This document shows, one piece after another, positions 61,085-64,000 of a stretch of DNA of 64,000 nucleotides. Where the stretch lies: positions 6,634,001 through 6,698,000 of the forward strand of contig OZ116707.1 in assembly GCA_964199315.1 (NCBI GenBank), read 5' to 3'. This stretch comes from Orbicella franksi. Lineage: Eukaryota. Position 1 is the stretch's first letter, and each line of letters begins with the position of its first letter. The position numbers and the translations under genes are program-made. A model generated the notes under the pieces. That model had not been told where the DNA came from and ran no database searches. It saw only the letters and a program-made list of their open reading frames with translations.

Positions 61085-62850
61085 CTACTCATTTCTCCAG
61101 CAAGTTGGACAAAACCATTTTCCTTTTGGTGCAACATCCAGTTTGAGACAAGCCATATGGAACTACTGTATTGCACATTCAGGGTTGTCACAGTCAATCA
61201 GCTTGCTGTCTTCTATGTCAGTCTGGCAGTAACACAGGACCTTCCTCTTCATCACCATCAACATCATCAACCAATTCTTCATCACCATGTAGCTGAGTTG
61301 GAGGTGTTGATGGTTGTGTGTACCATTTTCCAAGGAGCTCTGGGAGAATGCCCAGAGAAATGAACTTTTTGGCTTTCGTAAGAGCTAATTCCCAGAATTC
61401 AACATCAGGATTTATTCTCTCAATGTGCATGTCTCTTTCTGTCCACACTATGAAATCACAGTAGTCAACACCCACAATAAATATCTGACCCTGAACCTAA
61501 ACAAGAGAGGAAAAATAATGACCTGTGGTTCTTTAACAATTTTGAAAGTGGGATATTTTTACTTACTAGACAAGAAAAGGCATATGTCTACAAAACTCAA
61601 GCTGTAAACTTTTGTGTAATAATTAGAGAATTTCAGTGCAATGCACAAATATTAATACATGTGCATAAAAATAATGTTAGCGTGCTGATTGGCTGAGAGC
61701 ACGTCAATTGATCTCAAACAGTGCAGAAAGTTGAAAATAGTCCAAAAAGTTCAATTGGAGTGCAGAAAGTTGAAATTAAATTGCATGTATATTATTAACA
61801 AGTAATCAAAGGATTTTTCTCCTGCAGTTTAAAATAATTAAGCACTTGTAATTCTTTTTAAGGCTACAAGTAGCACTTGCCCTATAGGCCTGTGCAAATT
61901 TTTTTTAGTCCTTCAAACATTACCTTGTACTTACCGTATGTGTTCAAAATTGCACTCAAAATCATTTGATTACCTATATAAAAGCGACTGTACATACAAT
62001 AGGTTGCTTTCTAGGATTATCTGATAGAAATAGGCACGACTGTGGTCCAAGGCAGGTCCAAGTGGTCCATCTACAAGACAACTGTTCTTTTTGCCACTTA
62101 AAGAATCCAGCATTGAGTCTTTTTGACAGAATGGACACTGTAAACAAACAAAGTAAAATGCGCTCTAATCTGTTTTTTCATTTCAACTCTGTTGCCATAG
62201 CAAAAGAGTATAGTAAAAAGGGTCCTTAGACCCTGCTAACATCATAAAAGTCCTGGTCCTGCTATATAATGCTTTAATTTTTGTAAAACATTTGCATCAT
62301 ATAGTTACCTTAATTTCACACAGCTCAATTCCACAACAGTCACAGCTTACAATCTCATCTGGTGAGGCACCAAGGTAGGGGAAGTCTTTATTAATCCACA
62401 GGCCACTGTCAAAAATCTGAAAGTTCTCATGAACAGATTACATTTTTTTTCTATAAGCTTCCCTTGCTTGTTTTTCATGCTCATATCCCCACCTATAGGT
62501 AAAGAAATGCACAGTGTTTTAGGCAGCTTTTTTGACAGTAAAAGTATATGTAACTGAAAGTATCAAGGCTATAATGTGTTAAGCTGGTGTAGAGTAGACC
62601 TGAAGTAATTTAAAATATGAACTCATTCGAGAACCATACTTTGTTGCTGGTGATGAAAATTTACGAGCCATGGGATAACAGATGGTCTTTACTGGGTCAG
62701 TGTAGCAAGCTCCTTTTAAATGGGAGGCTGTGATTTTCCCTGCTCACAGAGAGAACCATAGCCTACAGTGGGCTTGATCCCTTGTCTCAACTTCTACGGC
62801 CTTGCATTCTTCTGGGGAGATTTTCATTGTTGCTTCAGCACACGCACTCA
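61085..62850 (-). pseudogene. YqaJ/lambda-exonuclease plus PHD finger gene of the ISL2EU element (spliced, decayed)
   Basis: ITASHLK (~62730), YLGASPDEIVSCDCCGIELCEIK (~62300-62400), YFYQ (~62015), VDYCDFIVWT (~61450), and PHD CYCQ...CDNPEC..Q*FH..C...PKGKWFCPTC (61090-61230). Convergent with the transposase. Confidence 0.82.
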
Positions 62851-63374
62851 GCAATTCTATAGATGAAAGCTTCATATTTGTTTCAACAAAAAGCTCTGTC
62901 AGTGGCTTTGGCAAATTGGCAGAAGGCTGTCATGGGGGGGGGGGGGGGGGTTAAGGGGGGCCTGAAAACTGCAAAACCGCACAGAAATATGCTAAAAAAT
63001 GGCAAAAGTGCATCAGATTTTTTCCCTAATACCGAAACCGCACGTACATGGAGGCCACAACATGAAAGCTGACATCAGCAAGACTTGTGATATATTTGAT
63101 AACATTGTACGCTAATATTGAACATACCATCATAACACTAATGGTATGTTGTACTATGCTATTATACTCTATTTACTACTGACCAAATGCCAAGTATTTG
63201 GGTCACATACTTGAATGAGTATTGATATCTCCCTTGACTTTGAAAAGCTCTGTCACTGATCCTGTACGTCTTGCATTGGGTGACTGATTACCTTGGACGA
63301 CCCTGTGTTAATTGTGGAATGTGGAATAAATGTTTCTTCTAGAATTGTGACCTTGTCTCGTAAAGAGTTCACGT

Positions 63375-63990
63375 TCAATGGAAAAGATGATTGTTAAAAC
63401 GTACAGCTCTTCTGTTCCGAGTTCTTGCACCTATTAAGAATGTCGCTGAAATTCCAATTTCCCCTTGGAGCAATATTAAATCTTCAACTTCTTCATCACT
63501 GCTTTCATCAAAATTGTCTCCTTCCTCTTCCTCCAACTGGTTTTCTGCAGCATTGTCTGAAGTATCATCAGACTGCACGTCAAATGCAATGGAGACAGCG
63601 TTCTCAAAGATTTCACATTATCTCTGGTACATAAACTCAGGGAGTGTAACATGTTGTGCCATAGTGGTCTCTTGGCGTACAGTTTGCTGTCTTATGGCAG
63701 CTCCATAGGAGGTGGCCCAGTCCCTAAGTGAATCACAGTCTGCTTGACACATGTTGACGATAGGAAGAGATTTCATCACAGGAACCTGGGACAGCAACAA
63801 GGCACTCTCTTTGGGTGGGGTACTATGATCGCCTGCTCGTTTGATAGTACGCTACCCAGTTAGTTACGCATTTTACCGTCTCTTTCGTAGTAGTTCCAAA
63901 TGACTTGCAGTGCTCAGCCTGGGATAAGTTTACCTGCTTTACATGTACAGTAGCGTGGTAGTTCTCAACATCAAGCGTCATGCAGCTTAA
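63375..63990 (-). pseudogene. C-terminal fragment of an unidentified TE-associated protein
   Basis: A protein-like reading is split by stops and frameshifts: ETVKCVTNWVAYYQTSRRS*YP, LLSQVPVMKSLPIVNMCQADCDSLRDWATSYGAAIRQQTVRQETT, then an acidic tail ending RAVRFNNHLFH*. Confidence 0.4.
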
Positions 63991-64000
63991 CAGGTTTGTG

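Overview
AT-rich eukaryotic DNA with GT-AG introns, most likely from a cnidarian such as a stony coral (inferred from the TE repertoire). It contains no prokaryotic operons or CRISPR arrays and is mostly a transposable-element graveyard. One clearly intact host gene was reconstructed: a 5-exon, minus-strand gene for a 302-aa secreted fibrinogen-related/intelectin-like protein (40801-44076). The only apparently intact mobile element is a 4.4-kb Ginger DNA transposon (2776-7178). It has ~240-bp TIRs and a 5-bp TSD, and a neighbouring repeat copy shows the empty site. Its 947-aa ORF joins a Gypsy-like DDE integrase to an OTU deubiquitinase domain and a C-terminal F-box-like motif. Other notable items: a spliced, decayed RAG1/Transib-like transposase gene with an RPA-like OB-fold exon inside one intron; two Penelope-like retroelements (one with a 5' snap-back hairpin, one with a twin-priming-type inversion and a variant hammerhead ribozyme); an internally deleted Kolobok inserted at TTAA into a RecQ helicase relic; an ISL2EU element; two Gypsy relics; Ulp1 and kinase pseudogenes; and hAT, Academ and P-like fragments, SINEs, MITEs and tandem arrays. 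All family assignments rest on motifs read by eye; no database searches were run.
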